64,000 bases of DNA. Source: a virus (taxonomy: Duplodnaviria > Caudoviricetes). The DNA is taken from positions 64,001-128,000 of the IMG/VR virus record IMGVR_UViG_3300046786_000293. One strand, given 5' to 3'. The translations under genes and the position numbers were made by a program. A model generated the notes under the pieces. The model was not told where the DNA came from. It saw only the letters and a program-made list of their open reading frames with translations, and ran no database searches. Shown here piece by piece: positions 9,450 to 19,413 of the stretch. Positions within the stretch are counted from its first letter, which is position 1. Each line of letters starts with the position of its first letter.

Positions 9450-10490
9450 TTATTTTAGCAATTTTATCTTAAGACTATTAGATTCTGCACCTTCTAAGAT
9501 GGCTTTTAAAACAAACAATTTTCCATATTTCATTATGGCTTCATTTATATCTTTACAAGTTTCTCTCCAAACAGGAAAACTAACTGACCAACCATATTCA
9601 ATAGCACGATTAATAGTTACTTCCCCGGGCCAAACTTCTCGACCTTGTTTATTAATATGCTTATCAAAATCTGGCACAACAATTACACGTTTGCCTAATG
9701 CTTCTATTAATTCTGCTTGTTGTTCACTTATATCATTTGTCTGTGTACTTACACCGTCTATACTCATAGCATCAAAAGGACCTTCGCAGACAATAACAAA
9801 TTTACTATCATAGCGTTGATTATTTAAGTTAAAAACAAAGTGGGGAGGATGATTGCTATGATATTTTGGTTTAATACCATCCACCAATGATCTAGCAGTA
9901 TAGCCCACTAGTTCATTTTTATAAATGAAAGGAACAATTACTCTGTGATTTAACTTGTGTTCAACTTCGGGAGTCCAATAAAAATCATACTTTTTACAGT
10001 CAATATGCCTACCGGTAATATATTTGACTGCTTCCATAAATTGAACTGGAGTGTTATTATAGTCTGCTAGTTTGTAAAATTCTGCCAATGCCCAAAAACT
10101 TTTTGCTTGCTCTGGCAGAGTTCGACTTTCGAATACAATTTCTTCTTGAGGTTCTTTCACATCCTCGGGACGAATTAAATCTTTAACACGCAATGCTTCT
10201 ACAACTAAACGTTGAATTTCGTTTGTATCTGCACCCATCCATTTTAATAGTTTTCGAAACTTGAAACTAAGCGGTCGACCTGGTTGATAACTAGCTTTAA
10301 ACTTACAGTTAAAACAACTATAACTGATCCCGCCGTCGGGATTAGTAATTATACCCCCACGCCCACGAGTGTCTGCTGTCTCACCGTTATGATGACAACA
10401 AACTGCATTAAAGCTAGTCCAGCCGCTTTGGCCGCGACGCCGTTTAGGCGGCAATAGACTAAGGGTATAATCCTGTATTGAGTTGAACAT
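9450..10490 (-). CDS. DNA primase (Zn-binding + TOPRIM, T4 gp61-like)
   Basis: CCHH...CFNC Zn motif, CEGPFD, PDFD, KDINE; adjacent to helicase. Confidence 0.9.
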   Translation of the reverse strand: MFNSIQDYTLSLLPPKRRRGQSGWTSFNAVCCHHNGETADTRGRGGIITNPDGGISYSCFNCKFKASYQPGRPLSFKFRKLLKWMGADTNEIQRLVVEALRVKDLIRPEDVKEPQEEIVFESRTLPEQAKSFWALAEFYKLADYNNTPVQFMEAVKYITGRHIDCKKYDFYWTPEVEHKLNHRVIVPFIYKNELVGYTARSLVDGIKPKYHSNHPPHFVFNLNNQRYDSKFVIVCEGPFDAMSIDGVSTQTNDISEQQAELIEALGKRVIVVPDFDKHINKQGREVWPGEVTINRAIEYGWSVSFPVWRETCKDINEAIMKYGKLFVLKAILEGAESNSLKIKLLK

Positions 10491-10497
10491 CAGTGTT

Positions 10498-10526
10498 AGT
10501 ATATACTAATTTTTGAGACTTGTCAA
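10498..10526 (-). promoter_or_regulatory. sigma70-type promoter for primase/helicase
   Basis: TTGACA-17 nt-TATACT. Confidence 0.75.
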
Positions 10527-10529
10527 AAA

Positions 10530-12266
10530 TTAATTTGTCGGGCGTTGCACTCGTGGATAAGCCAATGTTCCTGTTCGTCTAAAACCAAAATTGGCTTTAG
10601 GAAAAGTTATCCCTCGTTTGGTTAGACCATATAATACATCTGCTTTTGGTGATCCTAATCCTGTACAAGCGTCCCATCCAGATGTGGCTTGGAAACCAGT
10701 TGAAGTGGTAGTGTTTGTATTATCGCCCGATGTTATGTCATTGAAACAAGTTGCAGCATTTCCATACCAACTAGTCATAGGATAACCAGAGAAAGACTGT
10801 TTTAACTGGTTGATTCTAACCATCATAGCTGCCATTATTGGAGCTGTTGCACTAGTTCCACCGACACTCGAAACATAATAGGCTGCATTACCTAAATAAA
10901 AAGTATATCCTGAATTACCGTCAGCATTACCGCCAATGTCAGGAACACCCCGCCTTGGCAATGATGTAACTGTACCCGAAGGATATGCTTTATAAGAAAA
11001 ACCCGTTTGATAAGAAGGAGTAGGAACATATGCAGATACACCGCCACCTGTGGACCCGCTATTAGAACTGCCTCCCCAAACAACTTCAGAAAGAATAGAA
11101 TTGTTAGAGTTAAGTTCTAGTAGAGTTCCGCCGCAACTTACACAATTGATATCTGCTGCTGGGTAGCAAACAGTTCCGATAGAAGCACCTGGTGCTCCTC
11201 TGTTCCCCCAATCGCCCGACGCACAAAATACTGTAATCCCTAACAAAGTACATGTTGCTATCGCAACTGCCACTGATGTATAAAAACCTGCAAAGTTAAA
11301 TCCTTGCTCAGTAGACACCCAACTGAAAGAAATAGCAGATGGACAATTTGTTGTATCGGCTGCGGCCGTATTCAAAACGTTCACAAAGTTTGCGAATGAG
11401 TTTCCTGCAAAATATACAGCTAATTTGGCCTTTGGTGCAGCAAGACCTGCACAATAAATATCTAACATTACTTCAACAGAGTTATTAAGATTTGCAGAGT
11501 CTGCAAAGTCAGTATTATTAATACCCCCATTGACGCTAACATCAACTACGGTGTTTGTAACTCCATTTGCGATTAAATCATTTGCAGTATACCCGCCGCC
11601 AAATTCTGGTATGCAGATGCATTGCCCGTTGCCATTACTTGTGCCAGGAAACCTATAGGCCGTTGCAACTTGTTGTGGGGTTAAACCTGTAATAGTGGCA
11701 GGTACTACTCCATTACTTAAGGTTGGTAGTCCGTGAACATTTGCTGGGTCCACTGCATACATTCCGCCTTGGTCACCAAAACTATATACAGAATTTAATT
11801 GTCCCGATGTATCTAAATCCAGTACTGTTAAGATTATACCATCTAATTCTTCGGGTACAGTTAATTCACCTTCATAGCTAATATGAACCCGTTCATTGGT
11901 ATCTACCTCATTTATTACAGTATCAAATGCTTGGTTAAATTGAGCTATAGTTCCCGAACATTGAACGGATGCTGTCATAGTACTAGATGATAGAACCGTA
12001 ATGCCATTACTTTGCAAAAATTGCAATACCAAATCCATATCAGAATCTTCGGCACCAAACATTTGGTCCAATTCCTCGCGAGATAAGAACTTGGTAATTG
12101 TTCCTTCTGCAATTTTTTGTGAATACTCAATAATAGTCATTCCCTCGTAAGTAGAACGACGTAATATTATTAACACTGTGATTATTTCATCTAGTGGAGC
12201 AGGGACTGCACTAACAGCATTAGCTGGTAATTCATTGTAACTATGCTGTATAACTACTCTAGTCAT
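10530..12266 (-). CDS. S53 (sedolisin/kumamolisin-like) serine protease with pro-domain
   Basis: Pro-domain, E-x-x-x-D (VEVMLDI), ASGD, RGVPD, GGTSA nucleophile, GWDACTGLGSP. Confidence 0.92.
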   Translation of the reverse strand: MTRVVIQHSYNELPANAVSAVPAPLDEIITVLIILRRSTYEGMTIIEYSQKIAEGTITKFLSREELDQMFGAEDSDMDLVLQFLQSNGITVLSSSTMTASVQCSGTIAQFNQAFDTVINEVDTNERVHISYEGELTVPEELDGIILTVLDLDTSGQLNSVYSFGDQGGMYAVDPANVHGLPTLSNGVVPATITGLTPQQVATAYRFPGTSNGNGQCICIPEFGGGYTANDLIANGVTNTVVDVSVNGGINNTDFADSANLNNSVEVMLDIYCAGLAAPKAKLAVYFAGNSFANFVNVLNTAAADTTNCPSAISFSWVSTEQGFNFAGFYTSVAVAIATCTLLGITVFCASGDWGNRGAPGASIGTVCYPAADINCVSCGGTLLELNSNNSILSEVVWGGSSNSGSTGGGVSAYVPTPSYQTGFSYKAYPSGTVTSLPRRGVPDIGGNADGNSGYTFYLGNAAYYVSSVGGTSATAPIMAAMMVRINQLKQSFSGYPMTSWYGNAATCFNDITSGDNTNTTTSTGFQATSGWDACTGLGSPKADVLYGLTKRGITFPKANFGFRRTGTLAYPRVQRPTN

Positions 12267-12267
12267 G

Positions 12268-14499
12268 TTATTGCTCCAACTGTGTTAATGTCATTGTTAC
12301 TGAAATATTTCTAGTAGTAGAATCTTGGTTAGTAATGAGCATATACATGTTAGTACTTGGTGTTGCATCATTATTAAAACCAATTACGCTTGGTGTAACT
12401 AAACTGGTTAAGTTACCACTGGTAGTAATAGCTTCAAGTATAACACCAGTTCCAGGTGTTGGGTCAGTATAAATTGCTCTGCTAGCATCAGCGGTTCTGC
12501 TGGCTGTATCGCAATAAATTCTAATCCAAGCAGGATAGTCTGTTACAATCTTATGAATAGCCCAAGTTTTAAATGCTGTTGCAGTAATACTAGCATTTGC
12601 ACCTGCACTAATAGATCCTGAAGTAGTAGTAACGTTTGATCTTGTATAGTTACCTGCTCCGCCCGGTCCTTGCGGACCTTGTGCTCCGCTTGGTCCGCTT
12701 GGTCCTGTTGGCCCTTGTGGCCCTATTGGCCCTTGTGGTCCAGACGGACCAGATGGACCAGATGGTCCTTGCGGACCTTGTGGACCCTGTGGACCTGACC
12801 CCGGTCCTTGCGGACCTTGCGGACCTCCTGGCCCTCCTCCAGATGTTACAGCAGCATAACCTGCAACACTAGATCCAAATGTTAATGTTGCTGAATTGTT
12901 ATTAGTAAATGCTACATTAGGATAATCATATCTTCCGTTATACGAATTTCCAGAATTGTCGATTACTTCAATATTAACATATTGGTAACCTAAATTATGG
13001 TTAATAGTCCAAGTTGATGATGCGCTAGATTGTGTATGAATATACGAACCGGTAGTACCGGCAGGTCCTTGTGGTCCTTGTGGTCCTGCTCCACCCTGTG
13101 GACCTTGTGGTCCTTGTGTACCTACACCTTGCGGTCCTTGTGGTCCTTGTGGACCGGTGCCACCTTGCGGTCCTTGTGGTCCTGTACCGCCGCTTGGGCC
13201 TTGCGGTCCCTGTGGTCCTGTTCCGCCCTGTGGCCCAGTTGGTCCTTGTGATCCTTGTGGACCTCGCGGCCCTTGTGGTCCTGTTCCACCTTGTGGTCCA
13301 GTGGGCCCTTGTACCCCTTGTGGTCCAGTTGGTCCTTGTGGTCCTACTCCTTGCGGTCCTTGTGGTCCTTGCGGGCCTGTTCCACCCTGTGGTCCAGTTG
13401 GTCCTTGTGTGCCCACACCTTGTGGTCCTTGCGGTCCTTGCGGACCGGTGCCACCTTGCGGTCCCTGTGGTCCTTGTGGACCGGTGCCACCTTGCGGTCC
13501 AGTGGGCCCTTGTACCCCTTGTGGGCCTTGTGGGCCTTGTGGACCTGTTCCGCCTGGTCCTTGCGGTCCTTGTGGACCTCGCGGTCCTTGTGATCCCGAG
13601 TCTCCTTGTGGTCCTTGCGGCCCTTGTGGTCCTTGTGGCCCTGTTCCGCCTGCAGGCCCTTGTGGGCCTTGTGGACCGGTGCCACCTTGTGGTCCTTGCG
13701 GTCCTTGTGGACCTGTTCCACCTGGTCCCTGTGGTCCCTGTGGTCCTTGTGTTCCTACGCCTTGTGGTCCTTGTGGTCCAGTTGGCCCTTGTGGTCCGCC
13801 TGCGGGTCCTTGTGGTCCAGTTGGTCCTTGTGGTCCTTGTGGCCCTGACCCTGAACCTTGTGGTCCAGATGGCCCTTGTGGTCCTGTATTCCCTATAGGT
13901 CCTTGTGGTCCTTGTGGTCCTGTATTCCCTATAGGTCCTTGTGGTCCTTGTGGGCCTTGAATACCTTGAGGTCCTGTATTGCCAATTGGCCCAATTGGGC
14001 CTTGTGGTCCTTGTGGACCTGCATTTCCTATAGGTCCTTGTGGTCCCTGCGGACCGATTGGTCCTTGTGGGCCTTGTACGCCGGTATTACCTATAGGTCC
14101 TTGTGGACCTTGTGGTCCTTGTGGACCTGTTCCGCCTTGAGGTCCTTGCGGTCCTTGCGGACCCGATCCAGCACCACCCGGACCCTGTGGACCTTGTGGT
14201 CCTTGTGCGCCAGCTCCACTAGGACCTTGTGGACCCTGTGGTCCTTGTGCTCCGCGTGGCCCTTGTGGTCCTTGTGACCCCGATCCACCGCCTCCTACAA
14301 ATGGAGTTCCGTTAGCATAATAAAATGCATTTGCAAATATACTAACATTACTCAAAGAATTAGCAGCAGATGCGGTATTTGATATTACTTGATTTAGTAC
14401 CGCAAAATTATTATTAAGTTTTATAAAACCTGTTCTAATAGGATCGCCCTGCTTATCGTTGGGTGTAGTTCCTACATTAACATTGGAAAATATAGTCAT
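12268..14499 (-). CDS. Collagen-like (Gly-X-Y) fibre protein
   Basis: Long [12 protein letters not shown] triplet runs; N-terminus [21 protein letters not shown]; [17 protein letters not shown] motif. Confidence 0.9.
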   Translation of the reverse strand: MTIFSNVNVGTTPNDKQGDPIRTGFIKLNNNFAVLNQVISNTASAANSLSNVSIFANAFYYANGTPFVGGGGSGSQGPQGPRGAQGPQGPQGPSGAGAQGPQGPQGPGGAGSGPQGPQGPQGGTGPQGPQGPQGPIGNTGVQGPQGPIGPQGPQGPIGNAGPQGPQGPIGPIGNTGPQGIQGPQGPQGPIGNTGPQGPQGPIGNTGPQGPSGPQGSGSGPQGPQGPTGPQGPAGGPQGPTGPQGPQGVGTQGPQGPQGPGGTGPQGPQGPQGGTGPQGPQGPAGGTGPQGPQGPQGPQGDSGSQGPRGPQGPQGPGGTGPQGPQGPQGVQGPTGPQGGTGPQGPQGPQGGTGPQGPQGPQGVGTQGPTGPQGGTGPQGPQGPQGVGPQGPTGPQGVQGPTGPQGGTGPQGPRGPQGSQGPTGPQGGTGPQGPQGPSGGTGPQGPQGGTGPQGPQGPQGVGTQGPQGPQGGAGPQGPQGPAGTTGSYIHTQSSASSTWTINHNLGYQYVNIEVIDNSGNSYNGRYDYPNVAFTNNNSATLTFGSSVAGYAAVTSGGGPGGPQGPQGPGSGPQGPQGPQGPSGPSGPSGPQGPIGPQGPTGPSGPSGAQGPQGPGGAGNYTRSNVTTTSGSISAGANASITATAFKTWAIHKIVTDYPAWIRIYCDTASRTADASRAIYTDPTPGTGVILEAITTSGNLTSLVTPSVIGFNNDATPSTNMYMLITNQDSTTRNISVTMTLTQLEQ

Positions 14500-14562
14500 A
14501 GTTCAGTTAACCGTGTTTATACGTTATTTATTGGTTTTGAACTATTTAGATAAGACTAGAAA

Positions 14563-16194
14563 TTAAGTTATTTCTTGCCATTCGATACTAGCGTAAACAT
14601 CTTGGTTAGTACCAGTAGTAGCTGCCATAATTAAATATTCATACGCAACTCCAGTAAATGGTTGTCTTTCTAGTTGATATGTAAATGTAAAAGGCACTTG
14701 AGAAGGAGAACTACTACTTTGATTGGTAGAGTTCAAAAATGTTTGTTCTACGATATCGCCGCTTACCAATGATGTGGGTGATAAGTTATATTCAACTGAA
14801 CTATCAGCAGCTGAACTTACCCAACTACCTCCCGATGTTACTGCTTTTTTATATATACGGTATTGGAATATGCTTCCCGAAACTGGAATTAATGAATAAT
14901 TTATAGGCACAACCACCGCGTTTAGGTTAGTGCTTTTTAATCTAATAGAGATGACAGGTTTGAAACTTTGATCGTTTGGCAATTTGACTGGCGAACCTAA
15001 TAAATGCGATGCTGCTCGAGGATTTCCTGAACCTGATAACTGGAATCCACCTTCACTGATAACGCTACTACAAATTTGTGTCATCATGCTATTGCCAGTA
15101 GTAATACCAGTATTCGTTATTTCATAACGTATAGGCAAAGTAGCAGTAGTCATGTAGACCTTAGTGTTACCTGGTTGATTGGCATGATGGAATATATGAC
15201 AAATTGTATAGGCTCCATCGATTACAAAACCTACACGCACCGATCCTACACCTAGCCATTCAACATCAGCAAACAGAATCTGTGTGCGATCTGGGTAAAG
15301 GCCAGGCAGCGTGTTTACATTCCAATTGTCTTGTCTTACTCGCTCTTCAACTCCGGTTGATCCTGAACGTATTACAAAATAATTGTAAGTGCCATCGTTT
15401 TCAAAAAATACACCGTCGTTAGCATCAAACAAACCCACACGTTGACGTAGATTGGTCTTTGGTGTATTCATGCAGAAGGTGTTTAATGTAAGTTGGCTCT
15501 TACCAGGTTGATAGGGGAAAGGCTTCAATGTTTCTCTAATTACGCTGTCGCCCGATGCAGATCCTACATTAAGTTGATAGCTACTTTGATTTTGTACATA
15601 TACAACATTAGCTGTTCCTGTAATATTGTTTGCGAACTGACCATGGTCAAAATATCGAGCCTGTGTATCAAATAATGTGTATGGTTCTGATACTCTTAAA
15701 CGACCAAATGCATCCGATGTGGGGCCTGAAAACCCTGAAATAACAACATTTGCATCACCAGCTAGTACTACATTGCCAGAAATGGCCCAAGGAGTTGTGC
15801 CTTGAGTAACCGTGACATTGCCAACAATACCAACATTACCGCTAATCGGATTAACATTTACATTACTAGTAATAGAACTAACGGTGACACTATTTAAAAT
15901 AGTTGCATTAATATTGGGCAAGCTAGTAATTATAATGTTTCCACCAGTAACTATAACATTGCCATCTATAGGCATATAAGGAACTTGTAAATTGCCCGAA
16001 GTGCCAACTTCACTTACATGAACATGTACTGGGTTTTCTGGACTACTAGCTACATTTACTGTAGTGGGTACAGAAATATTTCCTATAATATTAATATTAG
16101 CACTACCCAAAGTTACGGGTAATGGGTTTACTTCTGTAATAGCACTACCATTACTTTGAAATATAGAACTTGTGTTACTAAACAGATATGTCAT
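14563..16194 (-). CDS. Virion structural protein with predicted beta-sandwich (ConA-like) domain
   Basis: DAFGRLRVSEP, PYQPGKS, EWLGVGSVR motifs common in large-phage structural proteins. Confidence 0.7.
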   Translation of the reverse strand: MTYLFSNTSSIFQSNGSAITEVNPLPVTLGSANINIIGNISVPTTVNVASSPENPVHVHVSEVGTSGNLQVPYMPIDGNVIVTGGNIIITSLPNINATILNSVTVSSITSNVNVNPISGNVGIVGNVTVTQGTTPWAISGNVVLAGDANVVISGFSGPTSDAFGRLRVSEPYTLFDTQARYFDHGQFANNITGTANVVYVQNQSSYQLNVGSASGDSVIRETLKPFPYQPGKSQLTLNTFCMNTPKTNLRQRVGLFDANDGVFFENDGTYNYFVIRSGSTGVEERVRQDNWNVNTLPGLYPDRTQILFADVEWLGVGSVRVGFVIDGAYTICHIFHHANQPGNTKVYMTTATLPIRYEITNTGITTGNSMMTQICSSVISEGGFQLSGSGNPRAASHLLGSPVKLPNDQSFKPVISIRLKSTNLNAVVVPINYSLIPVSGSIFQYRIYKKAVTSGGSWVSSAADSSVEYNLSPTSLVSGDIVEQTFLNSTNQSSSSPSQVPFTFTYQLERQPFTGVAYEYLIMAATTGTNQDVYASIEWQEIT

Positions 16195-16652
16195 ATTATT
16201 CTCCAGCCGCCATTTGTGAATATCATATCTACCGCGGCGTTGTTTAATGCTAATATGACAGAATTTTGATTATCGATAGTATCTGTTCCTTGAGTAGTTA
16301 TAGTTAAGTTATGAATACTACAATTGCTACTTTGATCTTTTACTACGCAAATACGACCTTCCTGGCCAGGGGGTAAAGTTATTGTAATTGCAGTATTAGA
16401 TTCTACTCCTACGTAATAATCTGAATTAACAAAAGTATAGTCTGTAGTTACAGTTCTTACATTGTAATTAAAAGTACCTGTGCCATTGCCGCCAAAGCCA
16501 ACTATTCGACCACCAGGATTACCGTCACCTATTCGAATTGTGTTTGTAATAGGGTCATACCAAAGACGATCCATTTGCCCTATGCGTGTGTTTCCATCAC
16601 CATAGTTTCGTCTATCTGTAAAAAAATCTTGGGTATAAACGTTGCCTGACAC
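16191..16652 (-). CDS. Small fibre/structural protein
   Basis: LWYDPITNTIRIGDG N-terminus and ITITLP...VVKD...W C-terminal domain. Confidence 0.7.
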   Translation of the reverse strand: MSGNVYTQDFFTDRRNYGDGNTRIGQMDRLWYDPITNTIRIGDGNPGGRIVGFGGNGTGTFNYNVRTVTTDYTFVNSDYYVGVESNTAITITLPPGQEGRICVVKDQSSNCSIHNLTITTQGTDTIDNQNSVILALNNAAVDMIFTNGGWRII

Positions 16653-16661
16653 AGCGACTCC

Positions 16662-16991
16662 TTATGAGTCTAACGGCTCGTCGTCGCCTGCATCAAATAC
16701 CGAAGCAGTAGGTACTCCGGCAATTTTAAGAATACGGTCTAGTTCGTCTTCGCCGTCGTTTACATCGTACATATTTTCAACGCCTACTGCTCGTTTTAAC
16801 AATTCCAATTTTTGTTGTAAAGGAGCCACCATTGTTTCGACGCTGGTATGATCTTCGTGCTCGGGTTCTACTTCGTGTACATCGGGACGATTTTGAATTT
16901 CTATACCGCTGCCACCGATAACGGGCTCTTCGGCCTGTTTAGGTTCGCCAAAAATATTAACAAAATCTCCTATTAGGTCCGTAATTTTCAT
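16662..16991 (-). CDS. Hypothetical acidic protein
   Basis: 109-aa ORF, PLQQKLELLK. Confidence 0.7.
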   Translation of the reverse strand: MKITDLIGDFVNIFGEPKQAEEPVIGGSGIEIQNRPDVHEVEPEHEDHTSVETMVAPLQQKLELLKRAVGVENMYDVNDGEDELDRILKIAGVPTASVFDAGDDEPLDS

Positions 16992-16995
16992 AATA

Positions 16996-17301
16996 TTATG
17001 GATTTAAGAAAGTTGTGCTGTTTTGATTCATTGCACTTTGATATACTGTGCCGCACTCGGTGGCTGTGATTGTTGTACTTGCACCTGCCACTGGCAATAC
17101 ACTTAGCTTATTACCAATCCCGCCCATATTAATATATGTTGGGAAGTTTGCTGGAATCATTGGTCCAACGTTAGAAGTTAATGTTGCTGCGGCGTTAATT
17201 GCGTAGACACAAGCTGCATTTGCTACAACTTTGACTTTGGTGGTATTAATAACGCTTGAAACGTTTGCGGCTGTTGATGTTACGACTGTATAAGATGCCA
17301 T
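16996..17301 (-). CDS. Hypothetical structural protein
   Basis: 101 aa Ala/Thr/Val-rich ORF. Confidence 0.7.
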   Translation of the reverse strand: MASYTVVTSTAANVSSVINTTKVKVVANAACVYAINAAATLTSNVGPMIPANFPTYINMGGIGNKLSVLPVAGASTTITATECGTVYQSAMNQNSTTFLNP

Positions 17302-17338
17302 ATCTAAAATCCTGTTTTTATTATTTAGCCGTTTTTGT

Positions 17339-18040
17339 TTATAGCCCGTAAACAGATTTAGTGGAGTTATAGTTTTGTAAAACTTCTAACGCGGTAAGTT
17401 CAGTATTATAACAAAATACATGCCCGACTCGCCCGTTTAACAAATTTGATCCAGAAAAATTAGCTATTCCTACGCTACCATCCCCAGGTCTTGGGTTCAA
17501 ATTATATGTGCTAGTACCATCGAGCACACCGTTTATATACATTTTCATACCTACTGCTGTGTTAAATGTAACAGCAATATAGTACCAAGTATTTAAACTA
17601 AATGTGGATGTAGATGAAAATGCGTTATAGCTAGCCCAATCGCTGTGTCCGCTGAATGCTTTATTTTGTCCTGAGAAAAAAGTAAAGTGGCCGCCGGGGT
17701 CACTACTTACAATATTGTTATTAAAACCGTAATCGGCTAGTTGAAACCACATAGACTTAGTATATGTATTGGCACCTAAAACCCCAGCTGTAGTTCCTGA
17801 ACCATATTGACTGGTGCCGTTGAAGGAAAAATAAGACGGTGTGCCCGAAGTATATGTGGGAGAACTAACTAGATTTATGTCAGCTCCGTAACCAGATAAA
17901 TCATACCAAGTAGTTCCTGACCCTGGATAACTTGCAGAATTATTAGGATCTAATTGCATTCGTAGGCCCGCAGTAACTACCGGTTGAGATGCTGGTGATA
18001 TCACCATTCCTCCCGAAAATTGTGCGCCTGTAATAATCAT
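17339..18040 (-). CDS. LamG/concanavalin A-like domain protein
   Basis: LDPNNSASYPGSGTTWYDLSG, WYYIAVTF, MYING, EVLQNYN. Confidence 0.85.
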   Translation of the reverse strand: MIITGAQFSGGMVISPASQPVVTAGLRMQLDPNNSASYPGSGTTWYDLSGYGADINLVSSPTYTSGTPSYFSFNGTSQYGSGTTAGVLGANTYTKSMWFQLADYGFNNNIVSSDPGGHFTFFSGQNKAFSGHSDWASYNAFSSTSTFSLNTWYYIAVTFNTAVGMKMYINGVLDGTSTYNLNPRPGDGSVGIANFSGSNLLNGRVGHVFCYNTELTALEVLQNYNSTKSVYGL

Positions 18041-18080
18041 TTTATTAATCTCTAAACTATTTAATCACCTGATACAAAAT

Positions 18081-18869
18081 TTATTTAATATAGACTGCGT
18101 AAGAATTTAATGCTGTTGATAAACTATTGGTGACAGCCGATACATCTGCCATGCCATATAAATTATTTGATGAAGGGTTAGTCCAAGATCCTGTGCCTTG
18201 TGCATTGCCCGATCTTCCTTGTGCTTGCAATTCGGTGCTGGGTCCACAAACAGTCCACCAATTACTAGCTTGATATATCCAATCTCCCGGGGCATTTATT
18301 GCCAAACTGGTACTCATGGCAGTATGCCCTTTTACAGGATACCAAGTGCCGGTCATAGGTGTGTTATTAACAAAGGCAGGATAATTAGATACAGAACTTA
18401 GCAATAAGTTACTAGGGTTAGCGTAGACTACACGGTTAGATATAGTCATATTGGCTAATAACGGAGTTTGACTCGCAGTAGTATTGGCCATTTTTAATAC
18501 TTGACTACACTGTGCAGATCCGTTATTGAACCACAAATCCATAGTGCTGGCACGTAATTTGTTTAATGTGCCTTCTCCATTTTCCCATGTGTTAGGGTAT
18601 CCCAAGCCGGCAGATATCCCGCCAACACTGGTACCAGTAAAACCAGGAGTGTAGGCTATTAACATCCACCCGCCACTCTCATCCGTCATGTTACAATAAA
18701 CACGTCGAGCTGACGCCATTGTCGATGTTTTAATGTAATACCAGCCCGACGTCGTTTGTCCAGAATTGTATATAGCCTGGGCCGAAACACCAGGATTGCC
18801 CAATGTGCCTAAGGCAGTGTCAACATCTTTTATGACACTATTACTAATTTGTATTCCGGATATAATCAT
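18081..18869 (-). CDS. Fibrinogen-C-like domain adhesin
   Basis: SGWYYI...VYCNM...GGWML motif. Confidence 0.75.
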   Translation of the reverse strand: MIISGIQISNSVIKDVDTALGTLGNPGVSAQAIYNSGQTTSGWYYIKTSTMASARRVYCNMTDESGGWMLIAYTPGFTGTSVGGISAGLGYPNTWENGEGTLNKLRASTMDLWFNNGSAQCSQVLKMANTTASQTPLLANMTISNRVVYANPSNLLLSSVSNYPAFVNNTPMTGTWYPVKGHTAMSTSLAINAPGDWIYQASNWWTVCGPSTELQAQGRSGNAQGTGSWTNPSSNNLYGMADVSAVTNSLSTALNSYAVYIK

Positions 18870-18870
18870 A

Positions 18871-19410
18871 TTAACCTAGTCGTTCGATGCTGATGAAGTT
18901 TTTCAAATAGGCAGCGCCAATCATCAATGTAACTCTGTAAAAACGCTGGTTAGTGTAGTCATTGACTAGATATGTTGAGCCGTCGCCTGCGTTGGGGAAA
19001 CTCCAACCAAACCACGATCCGCTAGGAGTTGTGTTATAGGTAACCCCCGGATAAGCAGTTGCGCCACCATTGGCTCCTCCGCAGAGTGCGTAGTTGGCAG
19101 AAATACTAAGAGTCGCTGTACCAGATACTGTAGCACAACACAGCCCCCTTGCACCACCTGTTGTTACGCTAAACTTAAGATTGTCTAAAGTAACAAACTG
19201 TCCGGCATCTACGTAACCCGATGCGAATCCTTTAATACCAGTGGCAGCGCCACCTGCGCTAGTAGAACCGATTTTAGTTTCTAGTAGCCCAGTTGGGTCC
19301 GGCAGTAATATACTGTTTGCGACATCATCAAAAAATATTTCTGTGTATTCTTTAGCAATATCTGCCCTATTTTCTGTTACATTATTTGAGTGAATCTTTC
19401 GAATTGTCAT
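18871..19410 (-). CDS. Fibre-associated hypothetical protein
   Basis: 179-aa ORF within fibre module. Confidence 0.7.
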   Translation of the reverse strand: MTIRKIHSNNVTENRADIAKEYTEIFFDDVANSILLPDPTGLLETKIGSTSAGGAATGIKGFASGYVDAGQFVTLDNLKFSVTTGGARGLCCATVSGTATLSISANYALCGGANGGATAYPGVTYNTTPSGSWFGWSFPNAGDGSTYLVNDYTNQRFYRVTLMIGAAYLKNFISIERLG

Positions 19411-19413
19411 TGC

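Noticed and set aside
12660-14280. CRISPR-like or satellite repeat array
   Set aside because: 9-nt periodicity is explained by Gly-X-Y codons; no unique spacers or cas genes.
12636-14288. Many overlapping ORFs (Cys-Gly-Pro, Leu-Val, Trp-Ser-Leu, His-Lys-Asp repeats)
   Set aside because: Alternative-frame and antisense shadows of the Gly-Pro-Gln collagen codons.
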